From: Candidatus Woesearchaeota archaeon
GTDB taxonomy: Archaea; Nanobdellota; Nanobdellia; Pacearchaeales; GW2011-AR1
Length of the DNA: 32,536 nt
Assembly: GCA_964418495.1 (NCBI GenBank)
Contig: CAYQLQ010000003.1
Span: forward strand, 1 to 32,536
Reading direction: 5' to 3'
The position numbers and the translations under genes are program-made. Under the pieces are notes generated by a model. The model had not been told where the DNA came from. It saw only the letters and a program-made list of their open reading frames with translations, and did not search any database. This document shows, in pieces, positions 17,917-26,926 of this stretch. Within the stretch, counting starts at the first letter, position 1. The number at the start of each line of letters is the position of its first letter.

Positions 17917-18558
17917 TTATTTTGAACGAGCGGCTAAGATTGGGTCTACGTGAGTTCTTATTCTTCGTTGCGTTTCTTCGATTCCATTTTCAATGTAAGG
18001 GAGAAGAGGGAAACCTTCTTGTCTGGCGATTGTTCTGTATGCATCATTTACTTTCTCGTGGTATTCTTTTCCTTTTGCAGCGAATCTGCTCGGGTCGGTT
18101 TCTCGCGCAAGTCCTATTTCAACTGGAACGTCGAGGATAAGTGTTAGGTCGGGGGTTATTCCTAATGTAGCAATGGAGTTTAAATTTCTTATTAGTTTTA
18201 ATCTTTCTGTTAATTCTAAATCCGCGTCTCCGGCGTAGCCTTGGTAAACTAAAGTTGAAATCCCCGAACGGTCGGCGATTATTATTTTTCCTTCTTCAAG
18301 TGCGGGTGCGACAACTTTTCTGAAAGCGTCTCTTCGCGCGGCTTCAAAAAGAAATAATTCTGTTACAGAGTCTAGGGAGTTTTTTGGGTTTCTAAGAATT
18401 TCTGCAATGAAATTTCCTTCTATGGTTATTCCGGGTTCATGGAGGTAGATGCAGTCCCGACCTTCGCTGATTAAATTATCCACGAGGATTTTTGCTTGGG
18501 TGGATTTTCCGCAACCTTCGCCGCCTTCGAGAAGAATATAAATTCCTTGGGGGTTCAT
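17917..18558 (-). CDS. tmk: Thymidylate kinase
   Basis: P-loop EGGEGCGKST and DRSGISTLVYQG. The ATG at 18556..18558 overlaps the thyA stop in a TAATG junction (alternative start at 18573). Confidence 0.9.
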   Translation of the reverse strand: MNPQGIYILLEGGEGCGKSTQAKILVDNLISEGRDCIYLHEPGITIEGNFIAEILRNPKNSLDSVTELFLFEAARRDAFRKVVAPALEEGKIIIADRSGISTLVYQGYAGDADLELTERLKLIRNLNSIATLGITPDLTLILDVPVEIGLARETDPSRFAAKGKEYHEKVNDAYRTIARQEGFPLLPYIENGIEETQRRIRTHVDPILAARSK

Positions 18559-19478
18559 TATTTCTTTTCCCATTTCCTCGCAAAATCAGGGTCTTCAATT
18601 AATTTCCTTCTTGTTTCTTGGAACATCGTTTGGATTGTTTCGTCGTCGCTGTTCCATGCCCTTTTCGTGTAATCTGGGCCTTCCCTCATTTTTTTTAACT
18701 CGGGAGCAAATTCTCTAAAGTAGCTTCCATAAATATGGAAAGAGTCTGAAATATCTGTGTACCCTCCCACGCGGACAGGTTCTCCCAATCTTTCGGATAA
18801 TCTTCCTGCAACATCTCTTTGTAAATCAGTTAGGGCAAACGCGTTCATGAACCATGCTTTGTAACCGTCGCGACTTCGCCAGTGAGTATTTAAGTTGAGG
18901 ACAGCTGTTCCGTCTTCGTCGCGCAGTCCACGGAACCATAATCTTTGAAGGCACGGAGGGTCATCTGTTTGAGGGTCTGCTGAAGGTATCCATGTAATTG
19001 CTTGTGCCCGCCGGGAGTATAGTGCTTCGGATAATTTGTCAACAATATATTCTAATTGGTCTATCGGAGGAAATCTCGGTGCGTTGGGGTCATCTAAATT
19101 TGTTGTTGCTGCGTAGGCAGAGACTCTTTCGTGATAAGTGTAAGTCCATTTAGTTGGGTCTGCGGGGTCTACCCAATGGTCGTGGATTCCGTCGACAACT
19201 TCCTGTCGATAGACTTCTAATTCTTCAGGACCTCCGGGGATATTCTTATGTATTCTTGGTTCTGCAAAAGGATTGTTTACTGAAATAATCATTGTCGCAT
19301 CTCTACTCGGAGGGTCAATAAAATTTCCTTTATTATCTTTACTGTCGTATTCAGTTCTTACCTTAGCACCACGATTCCATGTTTCAAGAATTGCTGTTTC
19401 CCATGCGTGCGGAAGATTGTCGCCGGCAACATGAATAACGGGAATAATTCCGGTGTTAAGATTTAGTTCCTCTTCCAT
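18558..19478 (-). CDS. thyA: Thymidylate synthase, archaeal ThyA-like
   Basis: NLPHAWETAI, YTYHERV, SRRAQAITWIP, and PPCLQ carrying the catalytic Cys. A related pyrimidine hydroxymethylase cannot be excluded from sequence alone. Confidence 0.8.
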   Translation of the reverse strand: MEEELNLNTGIIPVIHVAGDNLPHAWETAILETWNRGAKVRTEYDSKDNKGNFIDPPSRDATMIISVNNPFAEPRIHKNIPGGPEELEVYRQEVVDGIHDHWVDPADPTKWTYTYHERVSAYAATTNLDDPNAPRFPPIDQLEYIVDKLSEALYSRRAQAITWIPSADPQTDDPPCLQRLWFRGLRDEDGTAVLNLNTHWRSRDGYKAWFMNAFALTDLQRDVAGRLSERLGEPVRVGGYTDISDSFHIYGSYFREFAPELKKMREGPDYTKRAWNSDDETIQTMFQETRRKLIEDPDFARKWEKK

Positions 19479-19569
19479 TCATTCTTTTAGGAAAATCTGT
19501 TTTTAAATTAATCTTCTTAGAGAAGTATATTATCTAAACTATATTTTGTAAAGTATCTATTGCAGAATA

Positions 19570-19878
19570 CTAATCTTTCATTTCGATTTTGATGTTGACT
19601 GATTTTGGAATTTGGAGTTTCATGATGTGGTGCAGGACTTTTTCGTTTGCAGGCAGGTCGATGATTCGTTTGTGGATTCGCATTTCGAACCGGTCGAAGG
19701 TTGCTGTGCCGTCGCCGCACGGAGATTTTCTAGTCGTGACTTTGAGTTTTTTCGTCGGCAATGGAATCGGACCGCCGATAGTGATTCCAGAACGCTTCGC
19801 TAAATCTTTTATAGACCCGCAAATATTATTGAGCATTTCTATGTCGGTGCTGTTTAGTTTTACTCTTACTTTAGGCAT
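19570..19878 (-). CDS. rps10: 30S ribosomal protein S10 (uS10)
   Basis: VRVKLNSTD...LPTKKLKVTTRKSPCGDGTATFDRFEMRIHKRIIDL. Confidence 0.93.
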   Translation of the reverse strand: MPKVRVKLNSTDIEMLNNICGSIKDLAKRSGITIGGPIPLPTKKLKVTTRKSPCGDGTATFDRFEMRIHKRIIDLPANEKVLHHIMKLQIPKSVNIKIEMKD

Positions 19879-19956
19879 GGGAAAATATGTTGAAGTTGGT
19901 TTTTAAAGGTTATGCTGATTGCGATAGAAATAAAAACTTCGGTTCTATTTGTCGGT

Positions 19957-20091
19957 ATGAAAATCAACTGGAAAAAAACTTTTTGTGATTGCTGTGGTTT
20001 TGTTATTTGTAGGAACAATCGTCGCGGTTGTGCTGGTGAACATAGACAAACTGGCGATTTTGGGAAAGACTCCTTGATGGGAAATTCATAA
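19957..20091 (+). CDS. Possible small ORF interrupted by an A7 tract; the shifted frame encodes a single-pass membrane peptide
   Basis: ATG at 19957 lies about 21 nt after an AAATAAAAAC TATA-like element. See the finding for frame analysis. Confidence 0.25.
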   Translation: MKINWKKTFCDCCGFVICRNNRRGCAGEHRQTGDFGKDSLMGNS

Positions 20092-20130
20092 CCTTTTTAT
20101 ATAGGAAAAAACTTATTGTGTCGAGGTGAA

Positions 20131-21840
20131 ATGGAACAAATTTTTATACAACTCGCGATTATTTTGCTGACGGCGTTTGTGCTTTCGTATATTGCGCGGG
20201 CGTTTAAGCAGCCGATTATAATTGGTTATATTATTGCGGGGATGATTATCGGGCCGTTTGTCCTTGGGGCGGGCGCGTCGATGGAAACGATTCATGTTTT
20301 TTCCAAACTCGGAATTGCGTTTTTGCTTTTTATTGTTGGGCTTCATCTTAATCCGAAAATTATTAAAGAAATAGGAATGTCGTCGCTGTTTGTTGGATTG
20401 ATTCAGATTGCACTGACGTTCGCAGGCGGTTTTGCGATTGCGTTTTATCTTTTCGGGCTGGGCGCGGTTGAAGCGTCTTATGTCGGAATTGCGCTCGCGT
20501 TTAGCAGTACAATTATTATTATGAAACTTCTTTCAGACAATCAGCAACTGGATTCTCTTTATGGAAAAATTTCAATTGGGATTTTGATTATTCAGGACTT
20601 GGTTGCTGTCGCGGTTTTGATGTTTATTTCGGCGACGTCGTCGGGCGCGAGTTTCGGTTCGTTCGCGATTCGCGGTTTGCTGAGCGGAGCCGGACTTTTA
20701 GTAATTCTTTTTTTGGTTGGATTTTTTGTTCTTCCAAAAGCGACGCGGCACATTGCAAAATCGCAGGAACTTCTTTTCCTTTTTTCAATTTGCTGGTGCT
20801 TTCTTATTGCGGCGGCGTTTACTTATTTTGGTTTTTCAATTGAAATCGGGGCTTTGCTTGCGGGAGTCGCACTTTCAGTTTCGCCTTACAGCATCGAGAT
20901 AAGTTCGAAGATTCGTCCGCTCCGAGATTTCTTTTTGATAATATTTTTTATTATTCTTGGTTTGAATGTTCAGCTTTCGAGCATCGGTTCGATAATTGTG
21001 AACGCTTTGATTTTGTCGTTATTTGTTTTGATTTTCAAGCCGTTGATTTTAATGACGCTGTTGGCGATGTTTGGATATACTAAGAGAACGAACTTTTTGG
21101 TTGGGACGACGCTGGCACAGATTTCAGAATTTTCGCTGATTGTTCTGACGTTGGGGCTTGCGATTGGACACGTGAGTTCTGAACTTTTGTCGACGCTGAC
21201 GCTGACGGGGATTATTACGATTACTCTTTCTACTTATTTTATTATGTATTCAAGTTGGATTTATCACAAACTTGGAAAAGTGCTTTCGGTTTTTGAGCGG
21301 CGGGGAATTCGGAAGGAGCGGAGAATTTCGAAAAGTTATGACGCGATTTTATTTGGATACAATCGGATTGGGTTTAATATTTTGAATTCGTTGAAGAAAA
21401 TAAGGAAGAGTTATCTTGTGGTGGATTTTAATCCGGACACGATTGCGGCGTTGACGAAGTTGCGGGTGCCTTGTCTTTACGGGGATACTTACGACCCGGA
21501 TTTGCTGGAAGAATTGCCGTTGGATAAAATGGAGTTGGCGGTTTCGACGATTCCGGATTTTGAGACGAATGTTCTTTTGATTGAAATGATTCGGGCGGTG
21601 AATAAGAACGCGGTGATTATTGTGCGGGCGCATCAGATTAGCGAAGCGTTGGAACTTTACGCGAAGGGCGCGAGTTATGTTTTGACGCCGCATTTTTTGG
21701 GCGGGGAATATGTCGCGAGAATGATTCGCGACGAAAAGGGGGATGCGAGTGGCTATCGAGAAGAAAAAGAAAAGCATATTAAGATGCTAAGAAAAATGGA
21801 AGAAAGCGGACACGAGCATCCGAGAGTTGAGAGAGATTGA
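20131..21840 (+). CDS. Kef-type cation:proton antiporter (CPA2) with C-terminal RCK/TrkA-N domain
   Basis: MEQIFIQLAIILL...QPIIIGYIIAGMIIGP, 12-13 TM helices, then AILFGYNRIGFNI Rossmann-like RCK. The ATG at 20131 is preceded by AGGTGA; the track start at 20116 is less likely. Confidence 0.88.
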   Translation: MEQIFIQLAIILLTAFVLSYIARAFKQPIIIGYIIAGMIIGPFVLGAGASMETIHVFSKLGIAFLLFIVGLHLNPKIIKEIGMSSLFVGLIQIALTFAGGFAIAFYLFGLGAVEASYVGIALAFSSTIIIMKLLSDNQQLDSLYGKISIGILIIQDLVAVAVLMFISATSSGASFGSFAIRGLLSGAGLLVILFLVGFFVLPKATRHIAKSQELLFLFSICWCFLIAAAFTYFGFSIEIGALLAGVALSVSPYSIEISSKIRPLRDFFLIIFFIILGLNVQLSSIGSIIVNALILSLFVLIFKPLILMTLLAMFGYTKRTNFLVGTTLAQISEFSLIVLTLGLAIGHVSSELLSTLTLTGIITITLSTYFIMYSSWIYHKLGKVLSVFERRGIRKERRISKSYDAILFGYNRIGFNILNSLKKIRKSYLVVDFNPDTIAALTKLRVPCLYGDTYDPDLLEELPLDKMELAVSTIPDFETNVLLIEMIRAVNKNAVIIVRAHQISEALELYAKGASYVLTPHFLGGEYVARMIRDEKGDASGYREEKEKHIKMLRKMEESGHEHPRVERD

Positions 21841-21885
21841 TTGTTTTTGGGAAGATTTTTAAATGAATTGCTTCCTTCATAGAGG

Positions 21886-22455
21886 ATGAGATTGGATGAA
21901 TATTTGAAAGCAATTGAAGAATGTCCAGATGAAATCCTTGAAGTTATAGATGAAGGGCATAAACAGAAGGTGCATAGACTTACATGGGAATTAGGGGTTT
22001 ATGATAATTGGCCAATATTTTTACAAGCTGATTTTGCTACGGTTTTAGGATATCTGCAAAGTTCTGATTATAGGAGAGGTGAAACTTTCAAAGAAAGTTC
22101 TGGGGTAAACATTCAGTTTTTTTATAATCCCGGAACTGTAGAATTACAGGTGATGGATTTTGTTCCACTTAGCTTGGGAACTAGTGATCTTACTGAGGAA
22201 GAAAAAAGTCATTCCCAAAGGCAAGAAAGAGATTATAATACTGGATTGATTTTACACCCATATCAAGATAAAATGATTGAAGGGGTTGATTGGCAAAGAG
22301 CAATAGCATTAGTTGTTAAAGATATTGGAACTTTTGCACAAAAAGAACATCTTGGGCTTTGTTTTCCAAGGTCTATGGGATGGTCTAATCTAAATGACTA
22401 TTCAAGAATTGTTTATTTTGATCCTCAAGAATCTTCTGTTCCTACAGAAAATTAA
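21886..22455 (+). CDS. Hypothetical protein
   Basis: 189-aa ORF. TTTTTAAAT element lies about 22 nt upstream. No recognisable motifs. Confidence 0.5.
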   Translation: MRLDEYLKAIEECPDEILEVIDEGHKQKVHRLTWELGVYDNWPIFLQADFATVLGYLQSSDYRRGETFKESSGVNIQFFYNPGTVELQVMDFVPLSLGTSDLTEEEKSHSQRQERDYNTGLILHPYQDKMIEGVDWQRAIALVVKDIGTFAQKEHLGLCFPRSMGWSNLNDYSRIVYFDPQESSVPTEN

Positions 22456-23118
22456 TCACGTCTCTTTCTCAGCTTCCTCTTCGATTTCGTCCTGAAGTCC
22501 GAAAAGGGAAAATATGAAATCCACGACGCGGAGGAAAATTTCGAGGAGAACTATAAACAGAAGGTATATTGCGATGTTGGAAAGGAATTCTGGGATTTGC
22601 GTGAACTGTGTTATTATTCTCGTTATGTCGAAGAATTTTGGATTGAGGATTGATACGGCGAGGAGCATGAAGGGTAGGATTTTTGCGAGTTCGCGCGAGA
22701 TGTCTTCGTTGTAGTAAGCGCACATTCGGATTGCGGAAATTATTACTGCGGAAATTAAAAGTAGTGTTGATACGTTTAGGTTTTCAGTTAGGAAAATTAG
22801 AAGAATTGTGAAAACTCCGAAGCTGATGAAAATCATTAGCGGGAGAATCAGAATGTATTCGACGAAGTAGAAAACGCCGGCGAGGAGCTTTGTGAAAAAC
22901 GGGTGCTCGGTTTTGTTGTATTGATTTAGGTTGAGTTCGAGAATGTCTTTTTTTGCGAGAATACGGTAGCCTTTCCAAATGACGAGGGCATAAAGGAAAA
23001 CAAGAATCACGAGAATCGCGAGGTTGAAAAAATGTCCGAGAAACGGCGGCACCGACGAAATAAGTTCTGCGTGCAGACTTCCAAGTTCAGACGCAATTGC
23101 ATCAAATACCTCTTTCAT
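22456..23118 (-). CDS. Multi-pass membrane protein, hypothetical
   Basis: 220 aa with 5-6 hydrophobic helices and an acidic C-terminal tail. Confidence 0.55.
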   Translation of the reverse strand: MKEVFDAIASELGSLHAELISSVPPFLGHFFNLAILVILVFLYALVIWKGYRILAKKDILELNLNQYNKTEHPFFTKLLAGVFYFVEYILILPLMIFISFGVFTILLIFLTENLNVSTLLLISAVIISAIRMCAYYNEDISRELAKILPFMLLAVSILNPKFFDITRIITQFTQIPEFLSNIAIYLLFIVLLEIFLRVVDFIFSLFGLQDEIEEEAEKET

Positions 23119-23192
23119 ATTTTAATCATAGAAACGAGATTTATAAAAGTTTGTTTAATAACCTTTAAATATTCTGATTTTGTTATTTTGTT

Positions 23193-24482
23193 ATGATTGA
23201 TATTAATTTGATTAGGGAAAATCCCGACGCGGTGAAGGCGAATATAAAGAAGAAGTTTCAGGACGAGAAGTTGAAGTTGGTTGACGAGGTTGTGAAGTTG
23301 GATGCGGACTGGCGGAAGTTGCGAGTTGAGGAGGATAAATTGCGGAATGAGAGAAATAAGATTTCTGAGGAGATTAACCGCGCGAAGAAAGAGAAGGACG
23401 AGAAGTCGGCGGGAATTTTGATTAAGAACGCGAAGGAAATTCCGGAGAAGATTGCGAAGTTGGAAGAGAAGCGGAAGATTTTGGAAGACGGAATTCGGAA
23501 AATTATGATGCAGATTCCGAACATGATGCACGAGTCAGTGCCTTCGGGGAAAAGTGATAAGGATAATGTTGAGGTTAAGAAAGGTGGGAAAATAAAAAAG
23601 TTTGGTTTTCCTGTGAAGAATCATGTTGAACTTTTAGAAAGCCTCGGGCTTGCGGATTGGAACGCGTCGGCGAAAGTTGCGGGCACAGGGTTTTATTATC
23701 TTAAAGGGAAATTGGCTTTGCTTAATCAGGCGCTGATAAGATTTGCTATTGATTTTATGAAGAAGAAAAATTATGTTTATGTTGAACCGCCGTTAATGTT
23801 AAATGAGAAATCGATTTACGCTTCGATGGACAAGGTTGCGATAGAGCAATCGGTTTATTCGGTAGAGGGCGAGGATTTGAATTTGATTGGAACGTCGGAG
23901 CAGGCGATTCTTGCGATGCACGCTGACGATGTGATTCCTGAAAGCGAACTTCCGAAAAAATATTTTTCTTATTCAATGTGTTTTAGAAAAGAAATTGGGG
24001 CGCACGGAATTAATGAGAAAGGGCTTTGGCGGACGCATCAGTTCAATAAAGTTGAACAGTTTGTTTTTTGCCGTCCGGAAGATTCGGAAAAAATTTACGA
24101 CGAGCTGATGAAAAATTCCGAGGAGATTCTGAAAGCGTTGGAGATTCCGTATCGGGTTTTGGAAATTTGCACAGGTGATTTGGCGGATTGGAAATACCGG
24201 AGCGCGGATTTGGACGTGTGGCGACCGACGACAAAGGAATACGGCGAGGTAATGTCGCTTTCAAATTGTACAGAATATCAGGCGAGAAAACTTAATATCA
24301 AATGTTCTGACAAGCACGGGAAACGCCGGGTTATTCATACGCTGAACGACACTGCTCTGGCGACTTCGCGGATTTTGGTTGCGTTGATTGAAAACAACCA
24401 GCAGAAAGACGGGACAATTAAAGTTCCGAAAGTTCTTTGGAAATACACAGGGTTTAAGGAGATAAAAAAGCAAGATTTATAA
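23193..24482 (+). CDS. serS: Seryl-tRNA synthetase
   Basis: N-terminal coiled-coil arm, then class II motifs (FRKEIGAHG...RTHQFNKVEQF, TLNDTALATSRILVALIEN). Confidence 0.95.
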   Translation: MIDINLIRENPDAVKANIKKKFQDEKLKLVDEVVKLDADWRKLRVEEDKLRNERNKISEEINRAKKEKDEKSAGILIKNAKEIPEKIAKLEEKRKILEDGIRKIMMQIPNMMHESVPSGKSDKDNVEVKKGGKIKKFGFPVKNHVELLESLGLADWNASAKVAGTGFYYLKGKLALLNQALIRFAIDFMKKKNYVYVEPPLMLNEKSIYASMDKVAIEQSVYSVEGEDLNLIGTSEQAILAMHADDVIPESELPKKYFSYSMCFRKEIGAHGINEKGLWRTHQFNKVEQFVFCRPEDSEKIYDELMKNSEEILKALEIPYRVLEICTGDLADWKYRSADLDVWRPTTKEYGEVMSLSNCTEYQARKLNIKCSDKHGKRRVIHTLNDTALATSRILVALIENNQQKDGTIKVPKVLWKYTGFKEIKKQDL

Positions 24483-24483
24483 A
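24466..24483 (+). promoter_or_regulatory. Promoter module AAAAGCAAGATTTATAAA (copy 1)
   Basis: It ends 21 nt before the ATG at 24505 and is identical to the 18-mer at 24933..24950. Confidence 0.55.
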
Positions 24484-24504
24484 TAGGAAAAATTCTGATA
24501 GAGA

Positions 24505-24924
24505 ATGGCTCCAGAATTAGAAATTACATTGGGTGTGGATTCCCTTCAAAGCGAATCTCCTGGAAGAAGGCGCGAAGAGTATTTTGATGTGCTTGACGCA
24601 GGGGTTAGGTTGTGGATTGAAGAGATACCCAAAAAAATGGATTCTCCGGGATGCTTAATCACAGACTTTAGAAAAACAGGAAGCGAATGTTATGCAGTGG
24701 TTGCAAGAGGGGGACTTGTTTTAATGGAGGTTCAATCTGAAGACAGAAGCGACGATCCGGATGTTGGTTTTTTTAAGGTTCGCGAAGTTTCGTTTAAGGG
24801 AACTCACGCTGAAATTTTATATAGGGATTTGAAGGAATTTATGGGGGGATTAGCAAGAACTCCTGAAAGGGCCATACAATATTGGAGCGGACGATATCAA
24901 ACTTTTATAGATCTTTGTGATTAA
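24505..24924 (+). CDS. Hypothetical protein (orphan)
   Basis: 139-aa ORF at leaderless spacing from the promoter module. Confidence 0.5.
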   Translation: MAPELEITLGVDSLQSESPGRRREEYFDVLDAGVRLWIEEIPKKMDSPGCLITDFRKTGSECYAVVARGGLVLMEVQSEDRSDDPDVGFFKVREVSFKGTHAEILYRDLKEFMGGLARTPERAIQYWSGRYQTFIDLCD

Positions 24925-24932
24925 TTTCCAAC

Positions 24933-24950
24933 AAAAGCAAGATTTATAAA
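24933..24950 (+). promoter_or_regulatory. Promoter module AAAAGCAAGATTTATAAA (copy 2)
   Basis: It ends 21 nt before the ATG at 24972, the same spacing as copy 1. Confidence 0.55.
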
Positions 24951-24971
24951 ATCGTTTTACTACTTAGTTAC

Positions 24972-25280
24972 ATGAAAAAGAGGGTGAAGAAAAGCGACCG
25001 CTCAAGCAGGGTCAGCCGGAAGAAAGTTTTTGCGAAATTGAATTCTGTGAAACTGGGGCTTGCGGGAGGAATTATTTTTGCGGTTTGCGTTTTAGCGACG
25101 ACGATTGTTGGAATGTATCTTGGAAAATTCCCGCAGTGGATTGGAATGCTCCTTGATATTTACGGATTTCTCGGTTACACTGTGAACTGGTTTGGCGCGG
25201 TGCTCGGGGCGGTTTACGGATTTGTCGACGGGTTTGTTTTTTTCTGGCTGCTTGGGGTTTTGTATAATTGGCTGAATTAA
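24972..25280 (+). CDS. Small membrane protein with basic N-terminus and Gly/aromatic-rich TM helices
   Basis: 102 aa with 2-3 TM helices (GLAGGIIFAVCVLATTIVGMYLG, FGAVLGAVYGFVDGFVFFWLLGVLY). Confidence 0.55.
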   Translation: MKKRVKKSDRSSRVSRKKVFAKLNSVKLGLAGGIIFAVCVLATTIVGMYLGKFPQWIGMLLDIYGFLGYTVNWFGAVLGAVYGFVDGFVFFWLLGVLYNWLN

Positions 25281-25327
25281 CCGAAAGTGTTATAAACAAT
25301 TATTCTGTCAATAAACTAACATAATCC

Positions 25328-25360
25328 CAGGTGATCCGCAAGGGTTGCCTGATGTTTTTT
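25328..25360 (+). terminator. Hairpin with GCAA tetraloop followed by T6
   Basis: CAGGTGATCC-GCAA-GGGTTGCCTG forms 10 bp including 3 G-U pairs, followed by ATG and TTTTTT. It lies 48 nt after the stop at 25280. Confidence 0.4.
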
Positions 25361-25558
25361 AAAGGGGTATCTACAATTGTATTTATTGATGGGGGTTATC
25401 TTTCTTTTATTTACAGATAAGAAAAGAAAATCCGGGCTTTCATTATCTAATCCTCTTTGGAAGGCTTGTAAGGATAAAATTAAAATAAGAAGAGAATATT
25501 TCTCATAAGATTTATGTAGGGCAAAACTTTAAAAATCATTTTCTAATCTTTGTATTGT

Positions 25559-25571
25559 GCCTACGTGGTCT
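25559..25571 (+). repeat. 13-nt duplicate of the 5' end of tRNA-Asp
   Basis: GCCTACGTGGTCT is identical to 25614..25626. A CTTTAAAAAT TATA-like element lies about 25 nt upstream of this copy. Confidence 0.8.
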
Positions 25572-25613
25572 TTCCTGACGTGAGGATGGAAACGTACTAC
25601 GAAAAGCAAGCAA

Positions 25614-25685
25614 GCCTACGTGGTCTAACGGCTATGACGCGTCCCTGTCGCGGACGCAACCCGAGTTCGACTCTCGGCGTGGGCG
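25614..25685 (+). tRNA. tRNA-Asp (anticodon GUC)
   Basis: Hand-folded cloverleaf. The 7-bp acceptor stem is GCCUACG/CGUGGGC. The anticodon stem CGUCC/GGACG carries loop CU-GUC-GC. The T arm is CCGAG-UUCGACU-CUCGG. The discriminator is G and no CCA is encoded. Confidence 0.9.
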
Positions 25686-25688
25686 TAT
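25674..25688 (+). repeat. att core at the tRNA-Asp 3' end (attL)
   Basis: TCGGCGTGGGCGTAT: 14 nt recur at 29010..29023 and 13 nt at 30605..30617. Confidence 0.75.
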
Positions 25689-25771
25689 GCCCTTTCGGGC
25701 ACATTGAAGAGCGTCAGAAATGTTGTGAATTTGTCCATCTTCTTTTTAAAAAAGGAGGATCTAATTAGAAT

Positions 25772-26926
25772 ATGAAAATAGATCCTTACAAACATAAGGA
25801 GAGATATCTTTCTTGGAAAAATTCGGTTAAAGCCGAAGGTCTTGGAATTTCTAAAGAGAATTCTAAACTTTTTTTTGAATATTTATTTGATATGGAACAA
25901 GGAATAAATGTTGCTAGCGGAAGTAAAAAAGGAGCTAGAAGCTATGTTCGATTGAATAATCTAAAACAAAGAATCCTTTTTTTAATAAAGGTTTTTGAAG
26001 AAAGATATAATCTAAAAGATATTACCAAGGTAGGTGAGAGAGAGTTGCATGATCTTTTTGCGGGGATGAGAAATGGGACTATAAAACGACAAGACGGTAA
26101 GCAGTATAAATCTCCTTCTGACTATGTCAAGATTTTCAAGGCCTTTTGGCACTGGCATCAGAAAGTTAATAGGAAAAAGGGAATCACAATTTACGATATT
26201 ACAATGGATTTAGATATTAGTGGAGAAAAACCTAAATGGGTTTATTTAGACGAAGGACAGATTAAGAAACTGTGTGATAATTCTATTTATGATTATCGTG
26301 TTTTGATAATGTTCTTATTTGATACGGGCATAAGAGCTCCAACCGAATTACTTAATATTAAAGTCTCTGACTTCTATAAAAACTTTAAAGAGTTAAATAT
26401 TCGAGAAGAGATTTCAAAGACCTTCGGTCGGAGAATCAAACTTATGCTTTGTTCTGATTTAATAAGGGAGTATGTTAAATCTAAGAGTCTTAACGCAGAA
26501 GATTATGTCTTTACAAAAACTCCTCCGGTGATGAACAAATATCTTAAGAGACTTTCTGGAAAATTGTTTGGGGAGAAAGAGAGTCAGGGAGGAGAAAAGT
26601 ATTCTAATTTGACACTGTATGATTTCAGGCATTGTAGTTGTTGTTATTGGTTGCCTCGCTATAAATCTGAGTCCGCTTTGAAATTTCGGTTTGGTTGGAA
26701 GAAGTCAGATAAGATTCATTATTACTCAGAAATGTTGGGCATGAGTGATACAATCAGTGAAGAGGATTTACTTCTTGATGTTACTAAGACTGAGATTGAA
26801 AAACAACTATCAAATTCAAGGAATGAAAATGGTATTTTGAAAGAGAGAATGGGAATGATGGAGCAACAAATGAAGAAGATTTTGCAGATGGTTAATGGGG
26901 CTTGTTTTGTTGTTCAGGATAGATGA
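25772..26926 (+). CDS. Tyrosine recombinase / phage-type integrase
   Basis: FDTGIRAPTELLNIKVSDF (box I Arg), LYDFRHCSCCYW (H/R box) and KIHYY (candidate Tyr). AGGAGGA Shine-Dalgarno lies 12 nt upstream. The gene sits directly 3' of a tRNA. Confidence 0.8.
   Translation: MKIDPYKHKERYLSWKNSVKAEGLGISKENSKLFFEYLFDMEQGINVASGSKKGARSYVRLNNLKQRILFLIKVFEERYNLKDITKVGERELHDLFAGMRNGTIKRQDGKQYKSPSDYVKIFKAFWHWHQKVNRKKGITIYDITMDLDISGEKPKWVYLDEGQIKKLCDNSIYDYRVLIMFLFDTGIRAPTELLNIKVSDFYKNFKELNIREEISKTFGRRIKLMLCSDLIREYVKSKSLNAEDYVFTKTPPVMNKYLKRLSGKLFGEKESQGGEKYSNLTLYDFRHCSCCYWLPRYKSESALKFRFGWKKSDKIHYYSEMLGMSDTISEEDLLLDVTKTEIEKQLSNSRNENGILKERMGMMEQQMKKILQMVNGACFVVQDR

Noticed and set aside
25395-25435. Pyrimidine-run/purine-run pair (TTATCTTTCTTTT ... 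AGATAAGAAAAGAAAA) as a hairpin or regulatory repeat
   Set aside because: The arms are not ordered as reverse complements except for a short TTATCT/AGATAA stem. This is low-complexity sequence and likely fortuitous.
25550-25768. 72-aa ORF spanning the tRNA-Asp region
   Set aside because: It is open only because the tRNA and att region are G+C-rich and lack stops. The span is explained by the tRNA gene and its leader.
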